DNA of 64,000 nt from NCBI GenBank assembly GCA_963696395.1, contig CAVOJZ010000002.1:784619-848618 (forward strand), given 5' to 3'. Position numbers and translations under genes: made by a program. A model generated the notes under the pieces. It worked only from the letters and a program-made list of their open reading frames with translations, ran no database searches and was not told the origin of the DNA. This document shows positions 48,868 to 59,358 of the stretch, in pieces. This DNA comes from an uncultured bacterium. Its GTDB lineage: Bacteria > Patescibacteriota > Minisyncoccia > UBA6257 > 2-01-FULL-56-20. How positions within the stretch are numbered: position 1 is the stretch's first letter; each line of letters begins with the position of its first letter.

Positions 48868-50313
48868 ATGACCCAATCCACCGCTCTCTCCATCCTCAAG
48901 ACCGGCAAGAACGTCTTTATCACCGGGGCGCCGGGGGCGGGGAAGACGTATCTTTTGAATGAATACATCCGCTTTTTAAACGAACGGAACGTAAACGCGG
49001 CGGTCACGGCGTTCACGGGCATTGCGGCGAGCCACATCAATGGCCGTACGCTTCATTCGTGGGCGGGGATGAGTATTGAGCAAATCACGCCCGAGGAACA
49101 GAGAAAGCGCACGCTCGGCAACGAATTTATTTCGGCAAAAATCCAGAATGCAAAAGTGCTCATCATTGATGAGATTTCCATGTTGCATCCGGAGGATTTC
49201 ACGCGCGTGGACTTCATTTGCAAAACGGCACGCGGATCACTCGAACCTTTTGGCGGACTCCAGCTCATCTGTTGTGGGGACTTCTTTCAGATTCCGCCGA
49301 TCGGGGCGCCCGGTGAATCGCTCGAGGAAAAGTTTGTGATTGACTGCCCCGCATGGAGGGAAGCCGGGCTCATCACCTGCTATCTCCACGAACAGCATCG
49401 GCAGGGCGATCCGAAGCTGCTTGGCATTCTCGACGAAATTCGTGCGGGCCAGGTTGGCGCGCAATCTATCGCACTCCTCAAGTCCCGTGTGAATGCGAAG
49501 GTCACCTCGAAGGTTGGCCTTGCGCGGCTCTATACGCACAATGAAAATGTGGATGAGATCAATGCTGCAGAGCTCGATAAGCTCAATGAAGCGCCGATCG
49601 TGTACGACATTCTGCAACGCGGCTCGGCGAAGCTCGTTGAGAAACTGCAGAAAGATTATCGCATCGAGGCGAAACTCGTGTTAAAGAAAGGCGCCCGCGT
49701 GATGTTTACCCGGAATAATCCGGGGGAGCGGTATGCAAACGGGACGCTCGGTGTGGTTGTGGATTTTGTAACCTCGGAAGAAAAAACCGCCCTCGATCCT
49801 ATCGTCCTCACGTTTGGCGGACGACGCATTATTGTTACCCGCGAGGAATGGAGTTTTGAAGAAGACGGCCGGACGCGGGCGCTCGTGAGCCAGTTGCCGC
49901 TCAAACTTGCCTGGGCGATCACAGTTCACAAGAGCCAGGGGATGACGCTCGACGCCGCGGAGATTGACCTCTCCCGCGCCTTCGAACGCGGCATGGGATA
50001 TGTTGCGCTCTCGCGCGTGAAGAGCCTGGATAACATTTCTCTGCTCGGTCTGAACCAGACGGCACTCGAAGTGAGCGAACGGATCAAAAAACTCGATGAA
50101 GATTTTCTTGCACAATCGGTGGAATCCGAAGAATGGCTCGCCGGGCTGGGTGATGCCGGCGTTGCTCGGGCGCAGGAGGAGTTTTTGGCTTCCGTGCGGG
50201 AGGACGGGGATGCGGACAAGGCCGCGGAAACCGCATATCGCGCAAATGACGACATCCATTATGAAATTGACGAGATTCCGGTGGTGGATTTTGCCCCGGA
50301 TGAGGGGGCTTGA
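48868..50313 (+). CDS. PIF1-family helicase
   Basis: TGAPGAGKT, TLHSWAG, IIDEISM, PFGGLQ..GDFFQIPP, HRQ, QLPLKLAWAITVHKSQGMTL, GYVALSR. Confidence 0.92.
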   Translation: MTQSTALSILKTGKNVFITGAPGAGKTYLLNEYIRFLNERNVNAAVTAFTGIAASHINGRTLHSWAGMSIEQITPEEQRKRTLGNEFISAKIQNAKVLIIDEISMLHPEDFTRVDFICKTARGSLEPFGGLQLICCGDFFQIPPIGAPGESLEEKFVIDCPAWREAGLITCYLHEQHRQGDPKLLGILDEIRAGQVGAQSIALLKSRVNAKVTSKVGLARLYTHNENVDEINAAELDKLNEAPIVYDILQRGSAKLVEKLQKDYRIEAKLVLKKGARVMFTRNNPGERYANGTLGVVVDFVTSEEKTALDPIVLTFGGRRIIVTREEWSFEEDGRTRALVSQLPLKLAWAITVHKSQGMTLDAAEIDLSRAFERGMGYVALSRVKSLDNISLLGLNQTALEVSERIKKLDEDFLAQSVESEEWLAGLGDAGVARAQEEFLASVREDGDADKAAETAYRANDDIHYEIDEIPVVDFAPDEGA

Positions 50314-50345
50314 CACCATTTGACCGCCGGGGGTATAGTTGCTTT

Positions 50346-50731
50346 CAGCTGCAGCTTGAGTTGTCGAGGTTGTGCTTTCTTCTCACAAGGAGGAATTTCT
50401 ATTTGACTGTCGCAAGGCAGTACAACGCTTGATTGCCTCAACGAACCGCCGGCAACGGCACGAGGGCTCCATCCGCGATTCACCCAAGCTGGAAAGCGGT
50501 GGCTCGGTGCGCGGATAGGCGCTTGGCAGTAGGTAGTACCTTTTTAACGAACGGTCCATGGCTCCCTCAGGGGAACCATTAGCAACGGCCTACCGGCAGT
50601 TGCAGCCAGAGCGTCGCACATGTGCGCCGCGTCAAAACTTCTCATAACTGGGAAGAACTGACGCACCGCGCCATTGCCGCTCACGGCAACAAGGTCCCCA
50701 CGCAGTGTTCGCACTGCATGGGGCCTTTTTT
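50346..50731 (+). ncRNA. unassigned large structured ncRNA candidate (about 385 nt)
   Basis: TTGACA(50310)-N18-TATAGT(50334); many nested helices; terminator 50691-50731; no credible ORF. Confidence 0.6.
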
Positions 50732-50762
50732 AATATATAATGCCAAAGACCACCCACCCTTC

Positions 50763-51008
50763 ATGAAAATTTTTGTTCGGGCAAAACCGGGCGCGAAAGT
50801 GTCGCGCATCGAGGAGATAACCGGCTTATTCAAAACCAAGAATGAGCGGCAGTTTGTGATCGCCGTGAAGGAGCCGGCCAAAGAGGGAAAAGCAAATCGC
50901 GCGATCGAGCGTGCGCTCTCGGAATATCTTCACGTTCCCATCTCGAGCATACGGATTGTCTCCGGACAAACCTCGCGGGACAAAGTGGTGGAGATTGCGG
51001 AGGAGTGA
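50763..51008 (+). CDS. DUF167 (YggU/UPF0235) protein
   Basis: VRAKPGAK, PAKEGKANRA, IVSGQTSRDKVV. Confidence 0.92.
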   Translation: MKIFVRAKPGAKVSRIEEITGLFKTKNERQFVIAVKEPAKEGKANRAIERALSEYLHVPISSIRIVSGQTSRDKVVEIAEE

Positions 51009-51061
51009 GAAATTTTAATAATTTTTTAACGGGAGATACCTTAAGCTTCACCGGTCAGTGC

Positions 51062-51132
51062 GGGCCCATGGTGAAGTGGTATCATGGCGTGCTTTCACCT
51101 CGCAGTCCGGGGTTCGATTCCCCGTGGGTCCA
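51062..51132 (+). tRNA. atypical tRNA: anticodon TTC (Glu) on an Ala-type acceptor stem (unit 3)
   Basis: GGGCCCA/TGGGTCC-A (G3:U70, A73); D-arm GTGA/TCAT; anticodon arm GCGTG-CTTTCAC-CTCGC (U-U mismatch); T-arm CGGGG-TTCGATT-CCCCG. Confidence 0.85.
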
Positions 51133-51177
51133 CATTGGCAAATACTTGACAGTACTTTGGCGAAGCGTAAAATTGTG

Positions 51178-51244
51178 AATAGGTTGAAAGCACGCTGGGA
51201 GTCGAACTCCCGAGAAATCCGCTCGCAAGGGCGGCTTTCTTTTT
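51178..51244 (+). ncRNA. antisense sRNA cognate to the atypical tRNA (unit 3)
   Basis: TTGACA(51146)-N16-TAAAAT(51168); 51181-51197 AGGTTGAAAGCACGCTG complementary to 51085-51100; terminator CCGCTC-GCAA-GGGCGG plus T-tract. Confidence 0.75.
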
Positions 51245-51271
51245 GATCAAGCGGTAGAGCGGTTTGCTAAT

Positions 51272-51847
51272 CTAACTTACTTTCAGAATGGTATATTCTT
51301 TTTTGCCTGTCGCCGTTTGAATGGCGACAATATCACCAACTTTGTGCCCCATCATTGCCGCGCCAAGCGGGGAGAGGTGGGAAATCCGGCCGCTTGTTGG
51401 ATTCGTCTCCGTTGGGCCGAGGATTTCATAGGTGGTTTCCTTTTTGGTCTTGCCCACGCCGGCGGTCTTGCCCGCAATTTTGCCGCCGCCGCCGCTCGGT
51501 GTCGTCCCGGCCGGTGCGATCGTTACGGTTGACCCGAGCTGAACGATGCCACCTTTTCCCGCACCGCGCTCGATCGGAACCACGCGCTTGAGCTGGTCTT
51601 CGATCCTGTATGACTCATACGTTGCATAGCGCAGTGCACCTTTGGCTTGTTTATATTCGGCGTTGTCGGACCGGTCGCCGTACGCGGCGGTGCGCGCGGT
51701 TTCTTCCGCGAGCTTTGGAAGGTTGCGCTTGAGACGCGCGAGTTTCTCGCGGAGGCGCTCGATGCCTTCGGGGGTCATGTAAATCGGTTCCATGTTCACA
51801 CTCTCCGGTTTAATGCGCTTGTGCGGCGGGATTTTCATCAGTATCAC
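51272..51847 (-). CDS. GreA/GreB-family transcription elongation factor
   Basis: YMTPEG..GDRSDNAEY..ISHLSPLGAAMMG; exact start uncertain. Confidence 0.9.
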   Translation of the reverse strand: MILMKIPPHKRIKPESVNMEPIYMTPEGIERLREKLARLKRNLPKLAEETARTAAYGDRSDNAEYKQAKGALRYATYESYRIEDQLKRVVPIERGAGKGGIVQLGSTVTIAPAGTTPSGGGGKIAGKTAGVGKTKKETTYEILGPTETNPTSGRISHLSPLGAAMMGHKVGDIVAIQTATGKKEYTILKVS

Positions 51848-51890
51848 TATAGCAGAAAGAGCACCACGGGCGGTGGTGTATTCTTAGCAT

Positions 51891-53102
51891 ATGCGCATCA
51901 TCGGCCATCTTGATATGGACGCCTTCTTTGCCTCGATAGAAGAGCGTGACAATCCGCGTTTGCGCGGCAAACCGATCGTGGTCGGGGCCGATCCTTTGAA
52001 TGGCCGCGGGCGTGGCGTGGTTTCAACTGCCAATTATGCCGCACGGGCGTACGGCATCCGATCGGCGCTACCAATCACGAAGGCCTGGGAGTTTTCGGAA
52101 GCGGCTCGCCGGCGCGGATTGCCGCCGGCCGTTTTTATGGCGGTTGATATGGAAAAATATGCGGACGTGTCTCGCCGGATTATGGAAATTATGCGTGATT
52201 GCCTGGCTGCGGCGGCCAAGGCCGGCCATGCGGCGGTGCTCATTGAGCAGGCGAGCGTGGATGAAGCCTATTTCGATCTTTCGTTCCTGACCGAAGCCGC
52301 CGAGGATCCCTATTTGGCCGCGCGCACGACGGCAGAAAAATTGAAGCAGGCGATCCGTGACCGTGAGCATCTCACGGCATCCATCGGCATCGGTCCGAAC
52401 AAACTTATTGCAAAGATTGCATCCGACATGCAAAAGCCGGACGGACTCACGGTTGTCCACGAATTCGACGCCGAGGATTTTCTTGCGCCTATGAGTGTGC
52501 GCAAGATTCCTGGGGTCGGACCAAAAACCGAAGAGCAATTGAAAAAGCGTGGCGTAAAAACCGTTGGCGATGCGCGCGTGTTTTCAAAAGAGGAACTGAA
52601 AAAGACGATGGGAAAATTCGGCACGGCGTTGTACGAAAAACTGCGCGGCCGTGATGAGGCGCCGCTCGTCACGGAGTATGAGGCAAAATCCATTGGCCGG
52701 CACGCGACCTTTGCGAAAGATATCCCGGCAGGGGAGAAATTGAAGGATCGAAAAACACTTGAGGCCGCTCTTACGGCACTTGCCGATGACGTGTTCGAAA
52801 CCTTCTGCGCCGACGTTGCACGCGGGACTTCGTATAACGCCTTCCGCAAGACGACAATCACGGTTCGCTTTGCCGACTTTAAGACGGTGACGCGGACAAC
52901 CACGCTTGACCAGCCGGTTCGCGCGGATAATCCCAAGGGTCGGGAAGCTCTCCGGTTCCAGGCACTGCGCCTTTTCATGCCATTTCTCGACCGCCGCGAG
53001 AACCCGGATCGGAAATCATTCCGCCTGCTCGGCGTTCGCGTGGAGGATTTGACAAGAGTTGACGGTTTAGACTACAATAGCTTGGGTAAACCCTTTCTCT
53101 AA
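51891..53102 (+). CDS. dinB: DNA polymerase IV
   Basis: HLDMDAFFASIE, STANYAAR, SVDEAY, AKIASD..KPDG, IPGVG. Confidence 0.95.
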   Translation: MRIIGHLDMDAFFASIEERDNPRLRGKPIVVGADPLNGRGRGVVSTANYAARAYGIRSALPITKAWEFSEAARRRGLPPAVFMAVDMEKYADVSRRIMEIMRDCLAAAAKAGHAAVLIEQASVDEAYFDLSFLTEAAEDPYLAARTTAEKLKQAIRDREHLTASIGIGPNKLIAKIASDMQKPDGLTVVHEFDAEDFLAPMSVRKIPGVGPKTEEQLKKRGVKTVGDARVFSKEELKKTMGKFGTALYEKLRGRDEAPLVTEYEAKSIGRHATFAKDIPAGEKLKDRKTLEAALTALADDVFETFCADVARGTSYNAFRKTTITVRFADFKTVTRTTTLDQPVRADNPKGREALRFQALRLFMPFLDRRENPDRKSFRLLGVRVEDLTRVDGLDYNSLGKPFL

Positions 53103-53239
53103 ACCGGTCGATTGGTTTAGGTTTTTCACAGCTCACGTAGCTGTTTTTGTTCGAGAAGGGGGAACAAAAATTGCCGGCTCGTCCAACCTGGGATGTGCCC
53201 AGGGTGCCGCAGAAATATAAATAATCAAAAAATAAAATT

Positions 53240-54439
<1,200 letters not shown>

Positions 54440-54442
54440 CCC

Positions 54443-54766
54443 ATGGCAAAAACCGAAGTACCCCAAAAAATCCGCTTACGCATCAAGTCGTACGATCACA
54501 AATTGATCGATAATTCGGCGCGCATGATCATTGAGGCCGCCGAGCGCAACGATGCGAAGGTGATGGGGCCGATGCCGCTTCCGACGGAGATCAAGCGGTA
54601 TACGGTGAACCGTTCGACGTTTGTCCACAAGGATTCGCGCGAGCAGTTCGAACTCCGGGTGCATAAGCGCCTTGTGGAGATTCTCAATCCGAGCCAGAAG
54701 ATCATCGAATCACTTTCGAACCTGAATCTTCCCGCCGGCGTTGATATCGAAATTAAAATGGTCTAG
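54443..54766 (+). CDS. rpsJ: 30S ribosomal protein S10
   Basis: [25 protein letters not shown]. Confidence 0.98.
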   Translation: MAKTEVPQKIRLRIKSYDHKLIDNSARMIIEAAERNDAKVMGPMPLPTEIKRYTVNRSTFVHKDSREQFELRVHKRLVEILNPSQKIIESLSNLNLPAGVDIEIKMV

Positions 54767-54783
54767 GCGAAAGCCGCCGTTTG

Positions 54784-54818
54784 CAAAAATCCCCGCGCAT
54801 TGCGGGGATTTTTGTTTT
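54784..54818 (+). terminator. intrinsic terminator after rpsJ
   Basis: CAAAAATCCCCGC-GCATT-GCGGGGATTTTTGTTTT. Confidence 0.8.
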
Positions 54819-54856
54819 GGTGTACGTTGTTGATAGCTTCATTTTGCGGAGGAATT

Positions 54857-55243
54857 ATGGACGGAGAAATCAGAAACATTGCAATGGATCGGGAACATGC
54901 TGAAGCGCTGGAGTTCATCAGATTGAGCGGAGCAGAAGCGCGCCGCGAATTCGATAAACTCCGGGCATCCTCGAGAATTGAATGCAGAAGCCCCTTTCTC
55001 GAAGATATCGAATACCTGCTTTGGCTTCGTCCTATCCGCGCCTGCGCACAGCTCGATATATTCGATTTAGCAAAGGCAACGCTCTATTATTCAACTATCG
55101 AGGGCCGCGCGCTTGGTGCAAAAGGGAATCCCATAGCCCGGCTTATCGTCACTCGATCACGAAAACTTCGATTGAACTATACGATTCCGGGAAATCGAAT
55201 GGGCCGGGGGACGCGCGAAAGAGCCAACCTCACCGTATCATAA
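54857..55243 (+). CDS. hypothetical protein
   Basis: GGAGG RBS before ATG 54857. Confidence 0.5.
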   Translation: MDGEIRNIAMDREHAEALEFIRLSGAEARREFDKLRASSRIECRSPFLEDIEYLLWLRPIRACAQLDIFDLAKATLYYSTIEGRALGAKGNPIARLIVTRSRKLRLNYTIPGNRMGRGTRERANLTVS

Positions 55244-55367
55244 TTAAACAGCAGAAGATTTTCAGTAAGCCGCTCGCACTATGGGCGGCTTTTTGTGACG
55301 CGAGATTGACAACGGTATTAAAATTATTTATACTGTAATGCGGTTGCTATTAAAACTTGGAGGCACC

Positions 55368-55841
55368 ATGGTGACGTCGGTGGCGATTGATCTTGAGGAA
55401 ATTTCACACGTGATCCAGCGGGAACTGGCACATCACTCCTGCGAAGCGGTTGAAAAAGCGAAACAAGTACAGCTGGACGGCGGTTGCGAAATATTTATCG
55501 GCCGTTTGAACGAAGCACAGATGTTAAACCTCGGTATCGTTCTTCCGCAAGCGCGAACGTTGCGTTTGTCGATCATGATTATGTCGGCTGCTGACGACAG
55601 CAACGGTGTTGACTGGACCGGCAAGGACTGCCCGCTCGAGACCTGTCCGCGCGCGCATTATTATGTGCTTGGGCTTAACGTTGGGTTCATGGAAGCGTGC
55701 TCCGCGCGGAAGGCTTTTGGAAGCGAACCGATGAGTGCTGTTTTCAGCAAGCAGTCATTCGAGGTTCCTTTGGGCGATTATCGCAAGTTCAGAGTCGGGC
55801 CGGGCGGCACGTTGGCGCTTCTCATCGTGGAAGAAGTCTGA
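55368..55841 (+). CDS. hypothetical protein
   Basis: TTGACA..TATACT promoter and GGAGG RBS before ATG 55368. Confidence 0.55.
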   Translation: MVTSVAIDLEEISHVIQRELAHHSCEAVEKAKQVQLDGGCEIFIGRLNEAQMLNLGIVLPQARTLRLSIMIMSAADDSNGVDWTGKDCPLETCPRAHYYVLGLNVGFMEACSARKAFGSEPMSAVFSKQSFEVPLGDYRKFRVGPGGTLALLIVEEV

Positions 55842-56120
55842 CGAAGTCGTTCTATCATTCCGGCGCGAGGCAATCCCTCGCGCCGTTTTCTTTTCCCATT
55901 TGACATCCAAGCTCGATTTGCTATACTCCTATCCAAGGTTCCCTCGGACGTTTTATGCCAATAAACACCTATTCAGGAAGACGGTTATCGTTTTCTCTGG
56001 CTGATCCCGTTTAAAAACGGGGGTAGTGCGTTGATTGTGCCGAAAACTCCGGGGAAATACCCGGTTTTTTAAATCCCCACCTGGATTTCCCCGTGCGGGC
56101 ACGAGGGAACGATCAAGAAT

Positions 56121-56702
56121 ATGCCATTCATTTTAGGCAAAAAATTTAATATGACGCAGATCTGGAAGGATGGGAAAGTGGTTCCCGTTACCATGATTAA
56201 GGTTGAACCGAACAAGGTTTCCACCGTGCGGACAAAAGAAAAAGATGGCTATGAGGCCGTCCAAGTTTCGTTAGGAAAGAAGAAGCGCGAATTTCGCAAC
56301 CGAATTTCGCAGCCGATTGACGTTGCGCAGTTCGCCATGGATTCAGAGCTCACCGTTGAGGTATTTAAAGAGGGCGACAAAGTCCGCGTTTCAGGACTCA
56401 CGAAGGGCCGCGGATTCCAGGGCGTTGTAAAACGGCATAACTTTGGCGGCGGACCAAAAACGCACGGCCAGAAAAACCGTTATCGCGCACCGGGGTCAAT
56501 CGGTTCAACCGCATTCCAGCGTGTTGTTCCGGGACGCCGCATGGCAGGACATATGGGTACGGAACGGGTGACGATCAAGAATCTTGTTGTGGCGGCAATC
56601 GATAAAGAAAAGAACATCCTCTTTTTGCGCGGCGCAGTGCCGGGCGCAAAGGGAGGACTTTTAGAAATCGCCACCGGCCCGATGGGCAAGGCAACCAAAT
56701 AA
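56121..56702 (+). CDS. rplC: 50S ribosomal protein L3
   Basis: KGRGFQGVVKRH, RAPGSIG, MAGHMG. Confidence 0.98.
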   Translation: MPFILGKKFNMTQIWKDGKVVPVTMIKVEPNKVSTVRTKEKDGYEAVQVSLGKKKREFRNRISQPIDVAQFAMDSELTVEVFKEGDKVRVSGLTKGRGFQGVVKRHNFGGGPKTHGQKNRYRAPGSIGSTAFQRVVPGRRMAGHMGTERVTIKNLVVAAIDKEKNILFLRGAVPGAKGGLLEIATGPMGKATK

Positions 56703-56703
56703 C

Positions 56704-57348
56704 ATGAAAGCCGACGTCTACAATTTGAATAATGAAGTGGTTGGTACGGTTGATTTGCCGGACACCGTTTTTGGTACGCGCTGGAATGCCACGCTCGTGA
56801 AACAGGTGATGGATGCACAGCTCGCAAATGCGCGCCGCCCGTGGGCGCATGCAAAGGATCGCGGCGAAGTGAGCGGCGGCGGCAAGAAGCCGTGGCGCCA
56901 AAAAGGGACCGGCCGAGCGCGGCACGGTTCAACGCGTTCGCCGATCTGGGTTGGCGGTGGAAAAGCTCATGGACCCCGCAATGATAAGAGCTATGCGCAA
57001 AAGGTAAACAAAAAGATGAAGCGCGTTGCGTTGTTCTCGTTGCTTTCCCGTAAGGCAAAAGACGGCGAATTGAAGGTTTTTGAATCGCTCGCAGTTGAAG
57101 CCCCGAAGGCAAAAGTCCTTGCGGGAGCGTTGCATGGCGTTCTTGCCATGAAGAAAACCGCAAAGCGCTATGATGTGCTTTTGGTTTCGGACAAAGAAAA
57201 CAAGAATTTGTTCCGTGCGTCGTCCAACTTGGAGAAAGCAAAAGCCATCGATGTGACTTCGCTCAACGTGTACGACATTTTGAATCACAAGAATTTTTTC
57301 ATAGACAAAGCGTCGGTCGGGACGATTGAGAAACACTACAAAGTATAA
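56704..57348 (+). CDS. rplD: 50S ribosomal protein L4
   Basis: KPWRQKGTGRARHG. Confidence 0.98.
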   Translation: MKADVYNLNNEVVGTVDLPDTVFGTRWNATLVKQVMDAQLANARRPWAHAKDRGEVSGGGKKPWRQKGTGRARHGSTRSPIWVGGGKAHGPRNDKSYAQKVNKKMKRVALFSLLSRKAKDGELKVFESLAVEAPKAKVLAGALHGVLAMKKTAKRYDVLLVSDKENKNLFRASSNLEKAKAIDVTSLNVYDILNHKNFFIDKASVGTIEKHYKV

Positions 57349-57353
57349 CCGCC

Positions 57354-57629
57354 ATGAACGACGCCTTCATTGTTAAGCAACCCTGGATCACCGAAAAAGC
57401 CACCGACCTCACGGCCATGAATAAGTACGTCTTCCTCGTAAAAGAGAAAGCGAGCAAGCCGGAGATCAAGAAAGCCATCCATGCGCTCTATAAAGTAGAC
57501 GTCACGGCGGTAAACGTTGTGAATCGTCCCGCAAAGACCAAGCGCTATATGAACAAGCGTGGTTTTCAGGAAGGCTACCGGAAGGCGATTGTCACCATCA
57601 AAGACGGCCAAAAAATTGACCTTGTCTAA
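57354..57629 (+). CDS. rplW: 50S ribosomal protein L23
   Basis: PWITEKA, KPEIKKA, RKAIVT. Confidence 0.96.
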   Translation: MNDAFIVKQPWITEKATDLTAMNKYVFLVKEKASKPEIKKAIHALYKVDVTAVNVVNRPAKTKRYMNKRGFQEGYRKAIVTIKDGQKIDLV

Positions 57630-57631
57630 CC

Positions 57632-58471
57632 ATGAAGACCTATAAACCAACAAGCGCCTCGCGGCGCAATATGACGGGAAGCGACTACAGCACGCTCACC
57701 AAGGGCGTCCGTCCATGGAAGCCGCTTTTGAAGCGTTTGAAATCGAATGCCGGCCGCAACTCGCAGGGCCGCATCACGACGCGTCACCAGGGTGGTGGCA
57801 ATAAGAAATTGTATCGCGTTATTGATTTCAAGCAGGGCAATTTGAATACAAAGCTGTTCGTGGAAACCATCGAATACGATCCGTATCGCACGGCGTTCAT
57901 CGCCCGCGTAAAGAATGCTAATGGAAGCCGAAGCTATATCCTGGCACCGGAGGGCATGAAGGCTGAAACGGAAATCATGATCGCGGAAGCGGCTCCGTTC
58001 AAAACCGGCAACCGCATGTTCCTCAAGAATATTCCGGTCGGCCAGCAGGTTCACAACATCGAGATGCATCCGGGTCACGGTGGCCAGCTCGCGCGTTCCG
58101 CGGGAGCTTATGCCGAAGTGCTTGCGAATGCGGACGGTTACACCGACCTCAAGCTTAACTCGGGCGAAGTCCGCCGCGTGCAGTGGACGTGCCTTGCTTC
58201 GCTTGGCCAGGTCTCGAACGCGGAATGGAGTTTGATCTCGCTCGGAAAAGCAGGCCGCTCGCGCTGGCTTGGCATCCGGCCGACCGTCCGCGGCAGCGCT
58301 ATGAACCCGGTTGACCATCCGTACGGCGGCGGCGAAGGCGCACAGCCTCGTGGTACCCGTAAACCGAAGACGATGTGGGGCAAGGTGACCGGCGGACACA
58401 AGACACGCAATCCAAAGAAGAAATCGTCGCAATTCATCGTTAAGCGCCGCAAGAACGCCCGCGCCAAATAA
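57632..58471 (+). CDS. rplB: 50S ribosomal protein L2
   Basis: EYDPYR, RPTVRGSAMNPVDHP. Confidence 0.99.
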   Translation: MKTYKPTSASRRNMTGSDYSTLTKGVRPWKPLLKRLKSNAGRNSQGRITTRHQGGGNKKLYRVIDFKQGNLNTKLFVETIEYDPYRTAFIARVKNANGSRSYILAPEGMKAETEIMIAEAAPFKTGNRMFLKNIPVGQQVHNIEMHPGHGGQLARSAGAYAEVLANADGYTDLKLNSGEVRRVQWTCLASLGQVSNAEWSLISLGKAGRSRWLGIRPTVRGSAMNPVDHPYGGGEGAQPRGTRKPKTMWGKVTGGHKTRNPKKKSSQFIVKRRKNARAK

Positions 58472-58490
58472 TTATCATTAACCTAAAACC

Positions 58491-58826
58491 ATGAGCCGAA
58501 GTTTAAAGAAAGGACCATTCGTTGACCCCAAGCTTCTCAAGAAGGTTGCGGCCGACAAAGCAGGCAGTGGAACCGTCATCAAGACGTGGTCCCGCGCCTC
58601 GGAAATCGCACCAGAAATGGTTGGCCATGTTTTTGGCGTGCACAACGGAAAGACCCACATCGAAGTTCGCGTCACGGAAGAGATGGTGGGACACCGTCTC
58701 GGCGAATTTTCCCCGACCCGCAAGTTCACCCGCCACGGCGGCAAGATGCAGAAGGAACTTGAAATGAAGTCCGCGGAAGCGGGCAAGACGGCTGCCGCAG
58801 CAGCGAAAGCCGCGCCGGCTAAATAA
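58491..58826 (+). CDS. rpsS: 30S ribosomal protein S19
   Basis: [22 protein letters not shown]. Confidence 0.98.
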   Translation: MSRSLKKGPFVDPKLLKKVAADKAGSGTVIKTWSRASEIAPEMVGHVFGVHNGKTHIEVRVTEEMVGHRLGEFSPTRKFTRHGGKMQKELEMKSAEAGKTAAAAAKAAPAK

Positions 58827-58837
58827 AAGAGCGAACC

Positions 58838-59356
58838 ATGGAACACCAAACTGCAACATTACGATATCTCCGGATGGCACCGCGCAAAGTGCGGAGCGTT
58901 GGCGATCTCGTAAAAGGTCTTTCAGTGAATGACGCTGAAGCTCAGCTTCTCATGCAGAGCCGCCGGCCCGCAAAAGCCATTCTCAAACTCTTGCGTTCGG
59001 CGGTTGCGAATGCTAAAACCAACAAGAAGTGGAATGCCGATCATCTCTTCGTGGAATCCGTCCGTGTTGACGGAGGACCGATGTTGAAGCGCGTTCTTCC
59101 GCGTGCGCGTGGTTCGGCTTCGCCGATCCAAAAAAAGATGAGTCATGTGACGATCACGCTTGGCGTCAACGAAAATCTCAAATCCAAATACACCATCGTA
59201 ACGCCGAAGAAAACAAAGATTCCAAAAGTAACGAGCACGAAGAAAACGAAAGACAAGCGCTCGCCGGATTCATCCGAAGATAAGATCGAAACGCCGAAGC
59301 AAAAGCCGGGCTTCTGGAAACGGACCTTTAACCGCCGTAAAGCAGGTGACAAATAA
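58838..59356 (+). CDS. rplV: 50S ribosomal protein L22 with C-terminal extension
   Basis: APRKVR, SAVANA, PRARG, SHVT. Confidence 0.97.
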   Translation: MEHQTATLRYLRMAPRKVRSVGDLVKGLSVNDAEAQLLMQSRRPAKAILKLLRSAVANAKTNKKWNADHLFVESVRVDGGPMLKRVLPRARGSASPIQKKMSHVTITLGVNENLKSKYTIVTPKKTKIPKVTSTKKTKDKRSPDSSEDKIETPKQKPGFWKRTFNRRKAGDK

Positions 59357-59358
59357 CC

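Noticed and set aside
51091-51100. UCA (Sec/opal suppressor) anticodon in the atypical tRNA
   Set aside because: The stem register GCGTG/CTCGC places TTC at positions 34-36; the shifted register does not pair and there is no long variable arm.
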